Positions 8,808 through 17,422 of a DNA stretch of 24,357 nucleotides are shown in pieces. A program made the position numbers and the translations under genes. The notes beneath the pieces are model-generated. The model was not told the DNA's origin. It did not search any database and saw only the letters and a list, made by a program, of their open reading frames with translations. This DNA comes from Chlamydiota bacterium (GTDB lineage Bacteria > Auribacterota > Tritonobacteria > UBA1439): NCBI GenBank assembly GCA_037133055.1, contig JBAXOY010000042.1:1-24357 (forward strand). Direction: 5' to 3'. Numbering within the stretch: the stretch's first letter is position 1; each line of letters begins with the position of its first letter.

Positions 8808-10085
8808 ATGGTCATCAACGAACCGGGGGTCACGCTGAATCAGATCCCCTTTGAGGAGATCGTCTCCTGCATCCAGGGCCTCATCGAGATGCAGACGGTC
8901 TCCGGACAGGAGGAGAAGCTGGTCAAGCACCTGATCCGCACCGCGAGCCGCCTCGGCTTCACCGGGGCGTGCTCGGACCGGATGGGCAACCTGGTCACCG
9001 AAATAGCGGTCGGGTCGGGGGAGGGGCCGAAGATCGTCCTCACCGGGCACCTCGACACCGTGAGCGCGAACCCGGCGGAGTGGGACCCTCAGACGCGCGC
9101 CTTCACGGGGTCCATCATGAACGGGCGGCTCTACGGGCGGGGCGCGTCGGACATGAAGGCGTCGTTCGGCGTGATGCTCCATGCCGCCGCGAGCCTCGCG
9201 GGCCTCCAGGGGCCGTTCAGCGGAAAGATCTATGTGGTCGGCACCGTCGTGGAGGAGCTTTTCGAGGGGGTCTGCTTCCTCGAGGCGCTGAAGCAGATCC
9301 GGCCCGACTATGTCATCGTCGGCGAAGCGACCGAGGGGCGGATCAACATCGGGCAGCGCGGGCGCGCCGAGATCGTCTTCACGGCCTTCGGGGAGCCGCA
9401 GCACGCCTCCACGGGCCGCAAGGTGATCAACGCGATCGAGCAGGTGGCCTACATCATCGACGCCTTCCACGTCTGGTACCGGTCGGAAGGGGACGAGGTC
9501 CTCGGCAAGAGGAACATCGTCCCCACGGACATCAAGATCCCGGTGGGCGGCGGGGGCGGCATCGACGGGCGGGGCGGGAACTCCACCGTCCCGAACAGGG
9601 TCGAGCTCACCTACGACATACGGACCCTCGCCGGCGACACCGAGGAGAGCATCATCCTCCTCGTCAGGGAGAACATCGACCGGGTCGTCCAGAACGGCCG
9701 GAAGCGCTACCCGCAGTTCAGGGTTCCCTCGATCCAGTATTCCTCCGAGAGGGCGGTGACGTGGACCGGGGAGCCGATCGTCGAGAAGAAGTTCGCCCCC
9801 GCATGGAAGACCGCGCGCAAGGGGAACCTCGCCCTCAGGGCGATGGCGGGCTTCGAGAAGGGGACGGGGAAGAAGCCGAGGCTCGGTTCGTATGGCTTCT
9901 GCACGGACGGGAGCGGGGTGGTGCGGTACCGCGAGCTCTTCCCGGACCGTGCGATCGAGGTCATCGGCTACGGGCCCGGATCGGAGAAGGACGCGCACAC
10001 CGTGAACGAGTCGATCGGCCTGGATGAGTTGAAGGAGGCGTACGCGGGCTTCCAGGGCATCCTGCTCGAGCTGCTCAGGAAATAG
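8808..10085 (+). CDS. M20 family metallohydrolase, YgeY-like
   Basis: Motifs GHLDTV, LYGRGASDMK, GTVVEELFEG, YVIVGEAT, IGQRGRAEI, HAS, FCTDGS, GYGPGSE..AHTVNE. AGGGAG RBS. Confidence 0.88.
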   Translation: MVINEPGVTLNQIPFEEIVSCIQGLIEMQTVSGQEEKLVKHLIRTASRLGFTGACSDRMGNLVTEIAVGSGEGPKIVLTGHLDTVSANPAEWDPQTRAFTGSIMNGRLYGRGASDMKASFGVMLHAAASLAGLQGPFSGKIYVVGTVVEELFEGVCFLEALKQIRPDYVIVGEATEGRINIGQRGRAEIVFTAFGEPQHASTGRKVINAIEQVAYIIDAFHVWYRSEGDEVLGKRNIVPTDIKIPVGGGGGIDGRGGNSTVPNRVELTYDIRTLAGDTEESIILLVRENIDRVVQNGRKRYPQFRVPSIQYSSERAVTWTGEPIVEKKFAPAWKTARKGNLALRAMAGFEKGTGKKPRLGSYGFCTDGSGVVRYRELFPDRAIEVIGYGPGSEKDAHTVNESIGLDELKEAYAGFQGILLELLRK

Positions 10086-10176
10086 CGAATTTTCCCTCCC
10101 GCGATGCAGGGTCGCGGGGAGGGAGATGGTTGGTTGCCCGGGCGGCGCAAGGTCGCCTGGAGTGAAGGAACGGCGC

Positions 10177-11115
10177 ATGCGCGAGCGGGGAGCGAAGCGG
10201 GTGACGTTCCGGCGGCGCGCGACGCTCTGGGGCGTCGCGGTGAGGGCCTACGCCTACCCGGCGAGCATCGTGCCCGTGCTCCTCGGGAGCGTCTATGCCT
10301 GGTACGCGCGCGGCGTGTTTCTCCCCGGCCATTTCCTCCTCGCCCTGTGCGCCGGCATGCTCTACCACACCGGCTGCAATCTCCTGAACGACTATTACGA
10401 CTACCGCTACGGCGTCGACCGGGACGAGGCGTTCGGAGGGAGCGGCCTCCTCGTCAGGGGGCTCATGACGCCGCGGCAGATCGCGCTCGGCGCGTGGGCG
10501 TGCCTCGCCGCCGGGTCGCTTGTCGGGTTCTACTTTGTCTGCCTGTACGGCATCCCGGTCCTCGCGATCGGCGCGGCGGGATTCCTCGGGGCGATATTCT
10601 ACACCGCGACGCCGTACGGCCTGAAGTACCATGCGCTCGGCGAGCCGCTCGTCTTCCTGACGATGGGCGTGGGGATGGTCCTGGGCGGCTGCGTGACCCA
10701 GGGGGCCGTGTTGAACGCGCGGGCGTGCGCGGTGGGTCTCCCCGTCGCGTTCCTCGTTGCGGCGATTCTCCAGGCGAACGACACGCGCGACATCGCCGGC
10801 GACCGGGCGAGCGGCGTCAGGACCCTCTCGGTGCTCCTCGGCGCGCGGGGCGCGCGGGTCTTCTATTATCTGCTCATGCTCGCGGCCTATGCCTCCCTCG
10901 CGGGGCTCGTCGCGTGGGGGATTGTGCCGCGCGCGGCGCTCCTCGCCCTGCTGAGCCTGCCGATGGCGCACCGCCTGTGCGCGCGGTTCCGGGCGTTCCC
11001 AGGTGAGAACGACGAGCGGCTCGCGCCGGCGGTGCGGGGGACCGCGGTGCTCCACCTCGTCTTCGGGCTCCTGATGACGGCGGGGATCGCGCTGGGCGGA
11101 GCGCTGCGGCGATGA
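10177..11115 (+). CDS. menA: 1,4-dihydroxy-2-naphthoate prenyltransferase (UbiA superfamily)
   Basis: PASIVPVLLG, NLLNDYYDYRYGVD, YTATP..LKY..LGE, ANDTRDI.GDR.SG.RTL. Multiple TM segments. Confidence 0.85.
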   Translation: MRERGAKRVTFRRRATLWGVAVRAYAYPASIVPVLLGSVYAWYARGVFLPGHFLLALCAGMLYHTGCNLLNDYYDYRYGVDRDEAFGGSGLLVRGLMTPRQIALGAWACLAAGSLVGFYFVCLYGIPVLAIGAAGFLGAIFYTATPYGLKYHALGEPLVFLTMGVGMVLGGCVTQGAVLNARACAVGLPVAFLVAAILQANDTRDIAGDRASGVRTLSVLLGARGARVFYYLLMLAAYASLAGLVAWGIVPRAALLALLSLPMAHRLCARFRAFPGENDERLAPAVRGTAVLHLVFGLLMTAGIALGGALRR

Positions 11116-11150
11116 AGGGGCGCCCTTTCGTTCGAAGTATGTGAGACCGC

Positions 11151-11798
11151 ATGAAAGGATCCGGCGTGAGAACCATCATGGTGGTCGGGCGCGAGGCGCT
11201 CCTGGGGGAGAGGCCGTTCCAGGGCTTCTCCCCGGCGGCGGCGTACGACTACGAGTCGCTGATCCTGAAGGGCTACCGCTACGCGCCCCGCGCGGAGGCG
11301 GAGGAGAACCCCGCCCTCAAGCAGCCGATCGCCTACTGCATCATCGTGAACCCGCGGGAGAGGCTGGTCCTCGCCTACCGCAGGGCCGAGCGCGAGGGGG
11401 ATTACGCGGAGAAGCGTCTTCGCGGGAAGTGGTCCATGGGGGTCGGCGGGCACATCGACCCGGTGGACCTCGACGGCGCGAACCCGATCAGGACGAGCAT
11501 GCTCCGCGAGCTCGGGGAGGAGATCGTGTGCCCCCGCGCGGGCGAGCCGCGGATCCTCGGGTACATCAACGACGACGTGGACATGGTCGGCGCGGTGCAT
11601 TTCGGCCTCCTCTACCGGCTCGACACGGACGCGCGCTCGGTCGCGTCGGCGACGCGCGAGATCGCCGAGGCGAAGATGATCCCGGCCGGGGAGTGGAGGG
11701 ATAGGCTCGCCCGCAGCGACGCCGCGGTCGAGGGCTGGTCCCGCATCGCGTTCGGGCCGCTGATCGCGAGCCTCTGTGGATTGGGGTCAAATCTTTAA
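11151..11798 (+). CDS. NUDIX-family predicted phosphoesterase (COG4112/YmaB-like)
   Basis: AEENPALKQPIAY, EKRLRGKWSMGVGGHID, MLRELGEE, GYINDD..VG.VHFG. Confidence 0.85.
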   Translation: MKGSGVRTIMVVGREALLGERPFQGFSPAAAYDYESLILKGYRYAPRAEAEENPALKQPIAYCIIVNPRERLVLAYRRAEREGDYAEKRLRGKWSMGVGGHIDPVDLDGANPIRTSMLRELGEEIVCPRAGEPRILGYINDDVDMVGAVHFGLLYRLDTDARSVASATREIAEAKMIPAGEWRDRLARSDAAVEGWSRIAFGPLIASLCGLGSNL

Positions 11799-11867
11799 AC
11801 TTGAATCTTTGTCCACCGCGCTGTGATTTATCCAGGAAGATTCAAGTTTAAAGATTTGACCCCAATC
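11779..11867. repeat. Perfect 31-bp inverted repeat (REP/REPIN-like, GGGGTCA-type end)
   Basis: GATTGGGGTCAAATCTTTAAACTTGAATCTT (11779-11809) and its exact reverse complement (11837-11867), 27-nt spacer. Confidence 0.9.
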
Positions 11868-11880
11868 GCCCTTCTCGCTC

Positions 11881-11926
11881 TTCACCCAAAGGCCGGGATG
11901 TGTTACTATGCTATAAATAGTAACAC
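11881..11926 (+). promoter_or_regulatory. Sigma70 promoter overlapped by a palindromic NikR-type operator
   Basis: TTCACC(11881)-17-TACTAT(11904) with extended TG. Palindrome GTGTTAC-N13-GTAACAC at 11900-11926 (arms pair over 9 bp). Confidence 0.75.
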
Positions 11927-11957
11927 TAACCCGCGGCGCGGGGAGAGGGGGATCGCC

Positions 11958-12722
11958 ATCAGGCATTCATTCATCGACCGGTACGCGGACTGTGACGGCC
12001 CGCTTCAGCGGGTCGATCCGCGCGTGAAGCTCATCGCGGCGCTCGTCGCGGTGGTGCTTATCGTCACCACGCCGAACGCGGCCTGGCCGAGCTTCGCCGC
12101 CTATGCCCTCCTCGCGGGGGGCCTGCTCGCCGTTTCCCGCCTCCCCCTGCGGTTCGTGTGCGCGCGGTTGATGGCGGCGGCCCCGTTCGTCATCCTGATC
12201 GCCGGCTTCATCCCGTTCATGGCGGCCGGCGCGCACGCCCCGGGCGCGCCGTGGTTCCACCCGAGTCGCGAGGGTCTCGCCCTTTTCCTGGGCGTCGTCG
12301 TGAAATCCCTCCTCTCGATCGTCTGCCTGGTGATCCTCACGAGCACGACGCGGTTCGACCGCCTGCTCGGGGGGGCGGAGTCGATGGGATGCCCGCGCCT
12401 CGTCGCCATGATCCTCTCGTTTATGTACCGGTACGCGTTTCTCATCACCGACGACCTGATGCGGATGGCGCGGGCGAAGGAGGCGCGGGGGCCGGAGCGG
12501 CGGCCATGGCGGGATCTCGCGGCGCTCTCGTCGATGGTGGGGGTGCTCTTCGTGCGCTCCTACGAGCGGGCGGAGCGGGTCTATCTCGCCATGTGCGCGC
12601 GCGGGTTCGACGGGACGGTCATCCCGCGGCGGCCGCTCGCCCTCGCCCCGCGCGACCTGGCCTGCCTCGCCGCGGCGGTCGCGTGCTTCGCGGCGGGGAG
12701 ATTCGCGGGAGGCATCCGGTGA
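11958..12722 (+). CDS. cbiQ: ECF transporter T component (CbiQ/NikQ)
   Basis: FIDRY...LQRVDPRVK, TT.F..LL, MYRY, LFVRSYERAERVYLAMCARGF. Start placed at the ATC after the GGAGAGGGG RBS; uncertain (see findings). Confidence 0.9.
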   Translation: MRHSFIDRYADCDGPLQRVDPRVKLIAALVAVVLIVTTPNAAWPSFAAYALLAGGLLAVSRLPLRFVCARLMAAAPFVILIAGFIPFMAAGAHAPGAPWFHPSREGLALFLGVVVKSLLSIVCLVILTSTTRFDRLLGGAESMGCPRLVAMILSFMYRYAFLITDDLMRMARAKEARGPERRPWRDLAALSSMVGVLFVRSYERAERVYLAMCARGFDGTVIPRRPLALAPRDLACLAAAVACFAAGRFAGGIR

Positions 12723-13456
12723 GCGCCGAGCCCGCGATCGTGATACGGCGGTTGAGTTTCACCTATCCCGACGGAATCCCGGCGCTCCGCGACGTGTCGC
12801 TCGACGTCGCGCGGGGGGAGACGGTCGGCATCGTCGGCGCGAACGGCGCGGGGAAAAGCACGCTCCTCCTTCACCTGAACGGACTCCTCAGGGGGACGGG
12901 CACGGTGCGCGTCGCGGGGATCGAGGTGGACGGGAACAACCTCCGGGAGGTGAGGCGGGCGGTGGGGCTTGTTTTCCAGGACCCCGAGGACCAGCTCTTC
13001 ACGCCGACGGTGTACGACGACGTGGCGTTCGGCCCGTTGAACCTGCGCACCCCGCTCCACGAGGTGGACGCCCGGGTGAAAAGGGCGCTCGTCCTCGTCG
13101 GCATGGCGGGGTTCGAGGCGAGGAGCGCGCACCACCTGAGCTTCGGCGAGAAGAAGCGGGTCGCGCTCGCGACGGTGCTCTCCTGCGGCCCGGAGATCAT
13201 CGCCCTCGACGAGCCGACCAGCACCCTCGACCCGGCGGGGCGCGAGGGGTTAATCCGCGCCCTCGCGGCGCTCCCGGGGACGAAGCTCATCGCGACGCAC
13301 GATCTGGAGATGGTCCTCGATGTCTGCGGGAGGGCGGTGGTCCTCAGCGGGGGAAGGGTCGCCGCCGACGGGCCCGCGGCGGCGCTGCTCGGGGACAGGG
13401 AGCTCATGGAGCGGAACGGGCTCAGGGTGCCGGTGAGCCTGCGGGCGCGGGGGTGA
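12719..13456 (+). CDS. cbiO: ECF transporter ATPase (CbiO/NikO)
   Basis: GANGAGKST, FQDPEDQLF, LSFGEKKR, LDEPT, ATHD. GTGA overlap with the cbiQ stop. Confidence 0.93.
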   Translation: MSAEPAIVIRRLSFTYPDGIPALRDVSLDVARGETVGIVGANGAGKSTLLLHLNGLLRGTGTVRVAGIEVDGNNLREVRRAVGLVFQDPEDQLFTPTVYDDVAFGPLNLRTPLHEVDARVKRALVLVGMAGFEARSAHHLSFGEKKRVALATVLSCGPEIIALDEPTSTLDPAGREGLIRALAALPGTKLIATHDLEMVLDVCGRAVVLSGGRVAADGPAAALLGDRELMERNGLRVPVSLRARG

Positions 13457-13471
13457 CGGGCGGCCGGAAGG

Positions 13472-13532
13472 CTCGGATTTGAAATCCCGGATTCTGGATC
13501 GATGTTCCGAGATCCGAGATTTCAAATCCGAG
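13472..13532. repeat. 7-mer-based inverted repeat between convergent genes, possible bidirectional terminator
   Basis: CTCGGATTTGAAATCCCGGAT (13472-13492) versus ATCCGAGATTTCAAATCCGAG (13512-13532), 20/21 complementary. Confidence 0.75.
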
Positions 13533-13545
13533 ATCAGGAGGCGCC

Positions 13546-14493
13546 TTACCGCGCCGCGAGGATGCGGTCGCACGCGGCGGTGATCGCCGCGAGCTCCTCG
13601 GGCGAGAGCTCCCACTCGATCGCCCCCGCGTTCATGACCGCCTGCTCCGCCGTCCTGCCCCCGACGAGCGCCGCGGTGATCCCCTCCTGCTGCCGCACCC
13701 AGTTGATGGCGACCTGAGCGAGGGGCCTGCCGCGCCGGTCCGCGATTTCGCGCATCTCCCCGAGGAGTTTCTGCGTCCGGCTCCAGTGCGGCTCCCGGTA
13801 GAACATGTAGAAGAAGCTGCGGCAGTCGGTCTTGTTGAAGCAGGGCGGGTCGGTGTACTTGCCGGTGAGGATGCCGCTCCCGAGGGTGCCGTAGGAGATG
13901 ACGCCGAGGTTCCGGGCGCGGCAGAGGGGCAGGGTCTCCGCCTCGATCTTCCGCTGGAGGAGGGAATACTGCGGCTGGAGGCTCGCGACCGGGCCGGCGG
14001 CGAGCGCCCGCGCGAGGAGGGGCGGCTCGAAGTTCGAGACGCCGATGGCGCGGATCTTCCCCTCCTCGCGCATCGCGACCATCTCCCGCATGGTCTCCTC
14101 GATCGGCGTTTCCGGATCGGGCCAGTGGCACTGGTAGAGGTCGATCGTGTCCACGCCGAGCCTCCGGAGCGATTCCTCGAGTTCCTTCCTGATCTCCGCG
14201 GGCTTCAGGTTGAACAAGAACGTCCTCCCCGCCGCATGAAGGCCGCACTTCGTGGCGATGATCACCCTGTCGCGCCTGCCGCGTATCGCCTTCCCGACGA
14301 CCTCCTCCGCGTGCCCCCTGCCGTAGGCGGGGGCGGTGTCGATCAGGTTCACCCCCGCGTCGAGCGCCGCGTGGATGGCCGCGATCGACTGGGTGTCGTC
14401 GGCCTTTCCCCAGTGCTCGCCCCCCATCACCCACGTGCCGAAGCCGACCGCGGAGACCTCGATCCCGCTCGACCCCAGTGCGCGATAGTCCAT
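13546..14493 (-). CDS. Aldo/keto reductase
   Basis: GFGTW, DTAPAYG, IATKCG, SLRRLGVDTIDLYQCHWPD, GKIRAIGVSNF. Start MDYR at 14493 follows GAGG. Confidence 0.93.
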   Translation of the reverse strand: MDYRALGSSGIEVSAVGFGTWVMGGEHWGKADDTQSIAAIHAALDAGVNLIDTAPAYGRGHAEEVVGKAIRGRRDRVIIATKCGLHAAGRTFLFNLKPAEIRKELEESLRRLGVDTIDLYQCHWPDPETPIEETMREMVAMREEGKIRAIGVSNFEPPLLARALAAGPVASLQPQYSLLQRKIEAETLPLCRARNLGVISYGTLGSGILTGKYTDPPCFNKTDCRSFFYMFYREPHWSRTQKLLGEMREIADRRGRPLAQVAINWVRQQEGITAALVGGRTAEQAVMNAGAIEWELSPEELAAITAACDRILAAR

Positions 14494-14627
14494 ACCTCGT
14501 CCCTCCCGCCGGCCGTTGTACCGCACGAGTATACTGCATGCCTGCCGCGGGCTCAAGGGACGTGAAAATGTATCGAGACTGACCGCCGCCATGTACTATA
14601 CTACGGCTCGAACAGGAGTGCACGGCC

Positions 14628-14879
14628 ATGCCGATCTACGAATATCGATGCGCGAAGTGCGGCGCGGTGAGCGAGTTCCTCGAGGGGGTGGGGAGGGGAG
14701 CGCCCGCCAGGCGCTGTGCCTCCTGCGGCAGCGCCGCCTTGAAAAAGATTCCGTCCGCCGGCCGCGTGGTGCGCGGCGGTTCGTCCGCGGCGACGCCGTG
14801 CGACCCCTCCTCATGCGGGCGCGGGGACTCGTGCGAGTCGCAGAGCTGCGGCGGGGCGTGCGGGCTCGCGGAGGAATAG
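14628..14879 (+). CDS. FmdB-family zinc-ribbon protein with Cys-rich tail
   Basis: MPIYEYRCAKCG...CASCGS, five further Cys in the tail, AGGAG RBS. Confidence 0.88.
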   Translation: MPIYEYRCAKCGAVSEFLEGVGRGAPARRCASCGSAALKKIPSAGRVVRGGSSAATPCDPSSCGRGDSCESQSCGGACGLAEE

Positions 14880-14901
14880 CCGCCGCGGGGGGGGGATCGC
14901 G

Positions 14902-15771
14902 ATGAAGGGGAAGCTCGAATGCCAGCCCTGCCTGCTCAGGCAGGCCCTCGAGGTCGCGCGGCTTGTCAGCGACAGCGAGGCGATGCACGCCCGTGTGCTG
15001 AGACGCATCCTGCGCGTGCTCTCCAAGACCGATTTTCGCCTTCCCCCGCCGATGATCGCCTATTACGTCTACCGCGCCATGGGCAAGGTCACCCGCTGCC
15101 CCGACCCGTATCTCCAGACGAAGGAGCGCAGCGACGGAATGGCGCTCGAGTGCGCCGGATGGGCGCGCGAGGTGATCGCCCGGTCTAAGTCCCCGCTCGA
15201 CACCGCCCTGAAGCTCGCGGTCGCCGCGAACGTGGTCGATTTCGGGGTGGGGGTGAGGTTCGACCTGAAGGAGTCGCTGCGGAACGTCCTCGAGAAGGGC
15301 CTCCACCTCGACGAGAGTGCCGCGTTCAAGGAGGCGCTCGCGCGGGCGTCGATGCTCCTCTACATCGGCGACAACGCCGGCGAGATCGTCTTCGACAAGC
15401 TCCTGCTCGAGACCATCGGCGCCCAGTACCCCGCGTTGAAGAAACTGTTCGCCGTGCGCGGGGGCCCGGTCATCAACGATGTCACGCAGAGGGACGCCGA
15501 GCGGGTGAAGATGGGGGAGGTCGCCAGGGTGGTGTCCACGGGCCACGCCGCCCCCGGGGTCATCCTGAATCGCTCGTCGAGGAAGTTCTGCCGCGCCTTC
15601 GCGGGCGCGGATCTTGTGCTGGCGAAGGGGCAGGGAAACTACGAGTCGCTCAGCGCCGAGGGCGGGGCGAAGGTCTACTTTCTCCTGCGGGCGAAGTGCC
15701 AGGTGATCGCCCGCGAGCTCGGCGTCGAGATCGGCCATTTCGTCTTCAAGGGCGGCGGCGCGCGCGGGTAG
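14902..15771 (+). CDS. DUF89/ARMT1-like metal-dependent damage-control phosphatase
   Basis: ECQPC, DPY..K, ANVVDFG, DNAGEIVFD, GPVINDVT, KGQGNYESL, AKC.VIA. Confidence 0.9.
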   Translation: MKGKLECQPCLLRQALEVARLVSDSEAMHARVLRRILRVLSKTDFRLPPPMIAYYVYRAMGKVTRCPDPYLQTKERSDGMALECAGWAREVIARSKSPLDTALKLAVAANVVDFGVGVRFDLKESLRNVLEKGLHLDESAAFKEALARASMLLYIGDNAGEIVFDKLLLETIGAQYPALKKLFAVRGGPVINDVTQRDAERVKMGEVARVVSTGHAAPGVILNRSSRKFCRAFAGADLVLAKGQGNYESLSAEGGAKVYFLLRAKCQVIARELGVEIGHFVFKGGGARG

Positions 15772-15797
15772 GCCGCCCGCCCACGCGAAAATCGTGG

Positions 15798-15842
15798 TTG
15801 ACGCGCGGGAGAGAAGTGTTACTATTGTGAATATCGTGCCAC
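15798..15842 (+). promoter_or_regulatory. Sigma70 promoter overlapped by a second NikR-type operator
   Basis: TTGACG(15798)-16-TACTAT(15820) with extended TG. GTGTTAC-N13-GTGCCAC at 15816-15842. Confidence 0.72.
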
Positions 15843-15874
15843 TACCATCGCGTGGCATCGCCGGGGAGGAACGC

Positions 15875-16774
15875 ATGGGCCTGCATCGTGTGGTCGCGGT
15901 TGCGCTGTGCGCCGTTGTGGCCGCGCCCATGATCTGCGCGGCGCAGCAGATCGACGACACGGAGCCGAGGGCCGAGGAGGCGGAGGTGGAGATCGGGAAG
16001 GCGGAGGTCCCGGAGGGCGAGAAGCCGCTCTTTATCCTGAACCGTGTTCCCCCGCTCGCAAAGGCGGACGGGGCCCTCGACAAACTCGACGCGCTCCTGC
16101 CGCTCAAATTCGGCGTGGAAAGCCAATTCCTCAGCAACTGGCTTAACGAGGGGGGGAACTGGGCGAAGAACGGTGTGCAGATCATGCAGACCTACTATGC
16201 CGAGTATACGCATGAGTTCGGCAGCGCGAGCGCCGGGGTGGGGGTTTCCTATTTTCAGATCGACACGACCTATCAGGAGGTCCACCCCAGCACGCTGGAG
16301 CGGGATTTCACCGTCTACGCGCCGCTCTCGTGGAAGAAGTTCTCCCTGGAACCGTACTGGACGTATGTCTACGTCGACGGCGCGGAGAACTACAACGAGA
16401 TCGGGAGTGAGTTCAGCATCGACATCCCGCTGAAGCCGACGTTCGCCTGGAACCACGATTTCAGCGTCTATACGGGGACGTACTACGAGTGGTCGATCTC
16501 CCACGACATCGACATCGCCCCGCACGGAGAGCGCCTCTTTGTCTTCACCCCTTCCATGGCGATGGGGATGGACTCGCACAAATACCAGGAGGGGACGACG
16601 CTCACGCATATCGATTGGGGGATCGAGCTGGGGATCCCGGTGATGAAGCATTTCGTGGTGAGCGGGGCGATCCACTTCACGAAGAGCCTGACCCACGCGA
16701 CCTACAGCGAGGAAAATGATGTCTTCGAGGACATCATTCCGTGGGGCGGGCTCAAGCTGACGATGGAGTTCTGA
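15875..16774 (+). CDS. Uncharacterised exported protein, probable outer-membrane beta-barrel
   Basis: GGGGAGG RBS, signal peptide (MGLHRVVAVALCAVVAAPMICAA), aromatic-rich amphipathic strands, and C-terminal beta-signal WGGLKLTMEF ending in Phe. Confidence 0.72.
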   Translation: MGLHRVVAVALCAVVAAPMICAAQQIDDTEPRAEEAEVEIGKAEVPEGEKPLFILNRVPPLAKADGALDKLDALLPLKFGVESQFLSNWLNEGGNWAKNGVQIMQTYYAEYTHEFGSASAGVGVSYFQIDTTYQEVHPSTLERDFTVYAPLSWKKFSLEPYWTYVYVDGAENYNEIGSEFSIDIPLKPTFAWNHDFSVYTGTYYEWSISHDIDIAPHGERLFVFTPSMAMGMDSHKYQEGTTLTHIDWGIELGIPVMKHFVVSGAIHFTKSLTHATYSEENDVFEDIIPWGGLKLTMEF

Positions 16775-16786
16775 GAGGGGAGAAAA

Positions 16787-17422
16787 ATGCACCTGCCGGA
16801 TGGCTTCCTGGCGGTGGGCGTTTGGGCGCCGCTCTGGATGGCGGCGTCCGCCGGGATCGCGGGGTGCGTGAAGGCGGTGCAGCGGTCGCTCTCCGACCGG
16901 GCGGTGCCGCTCATGGGCGTGATGGCGGCGTTCATCTTCGCCGCGCAGATGCTGAACTTCCCCGTGGCGGGGGGGACCTCGGGGCACCTCCTCGGGGGCG
17001 TGCTCGCGGCGGTGCTCCTCGGGCCGTGGGCGGGGGCGCTGGTGATCGCGATCGTCCTCGCGGTCCAGTGCCTCCTCTTCCAGGACGGCGGGTTGACCGC
17101 GCTCGGGGCGAACATCGTGAACATGTCGTTTTTCGGGTCCGTGTGCGGCTACGGGATCTACACCGCGGTGAAGGGAGTGAGCGGGGGGAAGACGCTTGCC
17201 GCGGTGGCGGTCGCGTCGTGGTGCTCGGTGATGTTGGCGAGTACCGCCTGTGCGGTCGAGCTCGCCCTCTCGGGGACCGTGCCCCTCCGCACGGCGCTCC
17301 CCGCGATGGCTGTCGTGCACGCGCTCATCGGGGTCGGCGAGGCGGTGATCACGTGCCTCGTCGTGTCGTGCGTCATGAAGATGAGGCCGGATCTCGTTCC
17401 ATCCAAAGGAGCGTGCGCGTGA
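16787..17422 (+). CDS. cbiM: ECF substrate-binding component CbiM/NikM
   Basis: N-terminal MHLPDGFL, AFIFAAQMLNFP, GTSGHLLGG, QCLLFQDGGLTALGAN, HALIG.GE. Confidence 0.95.
   Translation: MHLPDGFLAVGVWAPLWMAASAGIAGCVKAVQRSLSDRAVPLMGVMAAFIFAAQMLNFPVAGGTSGHLLGGVLAAVLLGPWAGALVIAIVLAVQCLLFQDGGLTALGANIVNMSFFGSVCGYGIYTAVKGVSGGKTLAAVAVASWCSVMLASTACAVELALSGTVPLRTALPAMAVVHALIGVGEAVITCLVVSCVMKMRPDLVPSKGACA

Noticed and set aside
8808..10085. Selenium-utilisation locus implied by the YgeY-like gene
   Set aside because: No sel genes or tRNA-Sec, and no convincing in-frame UGA readthrough was seen. The tRNA anticodon is TGA (Ser), not TCA.
11823..11957. ORF-track N-terminal extension of cbiQ
   Set aside because: It runs through the palindrome, promoter and operator, has no RBS, and lies upstream of the conserved N-terminus.
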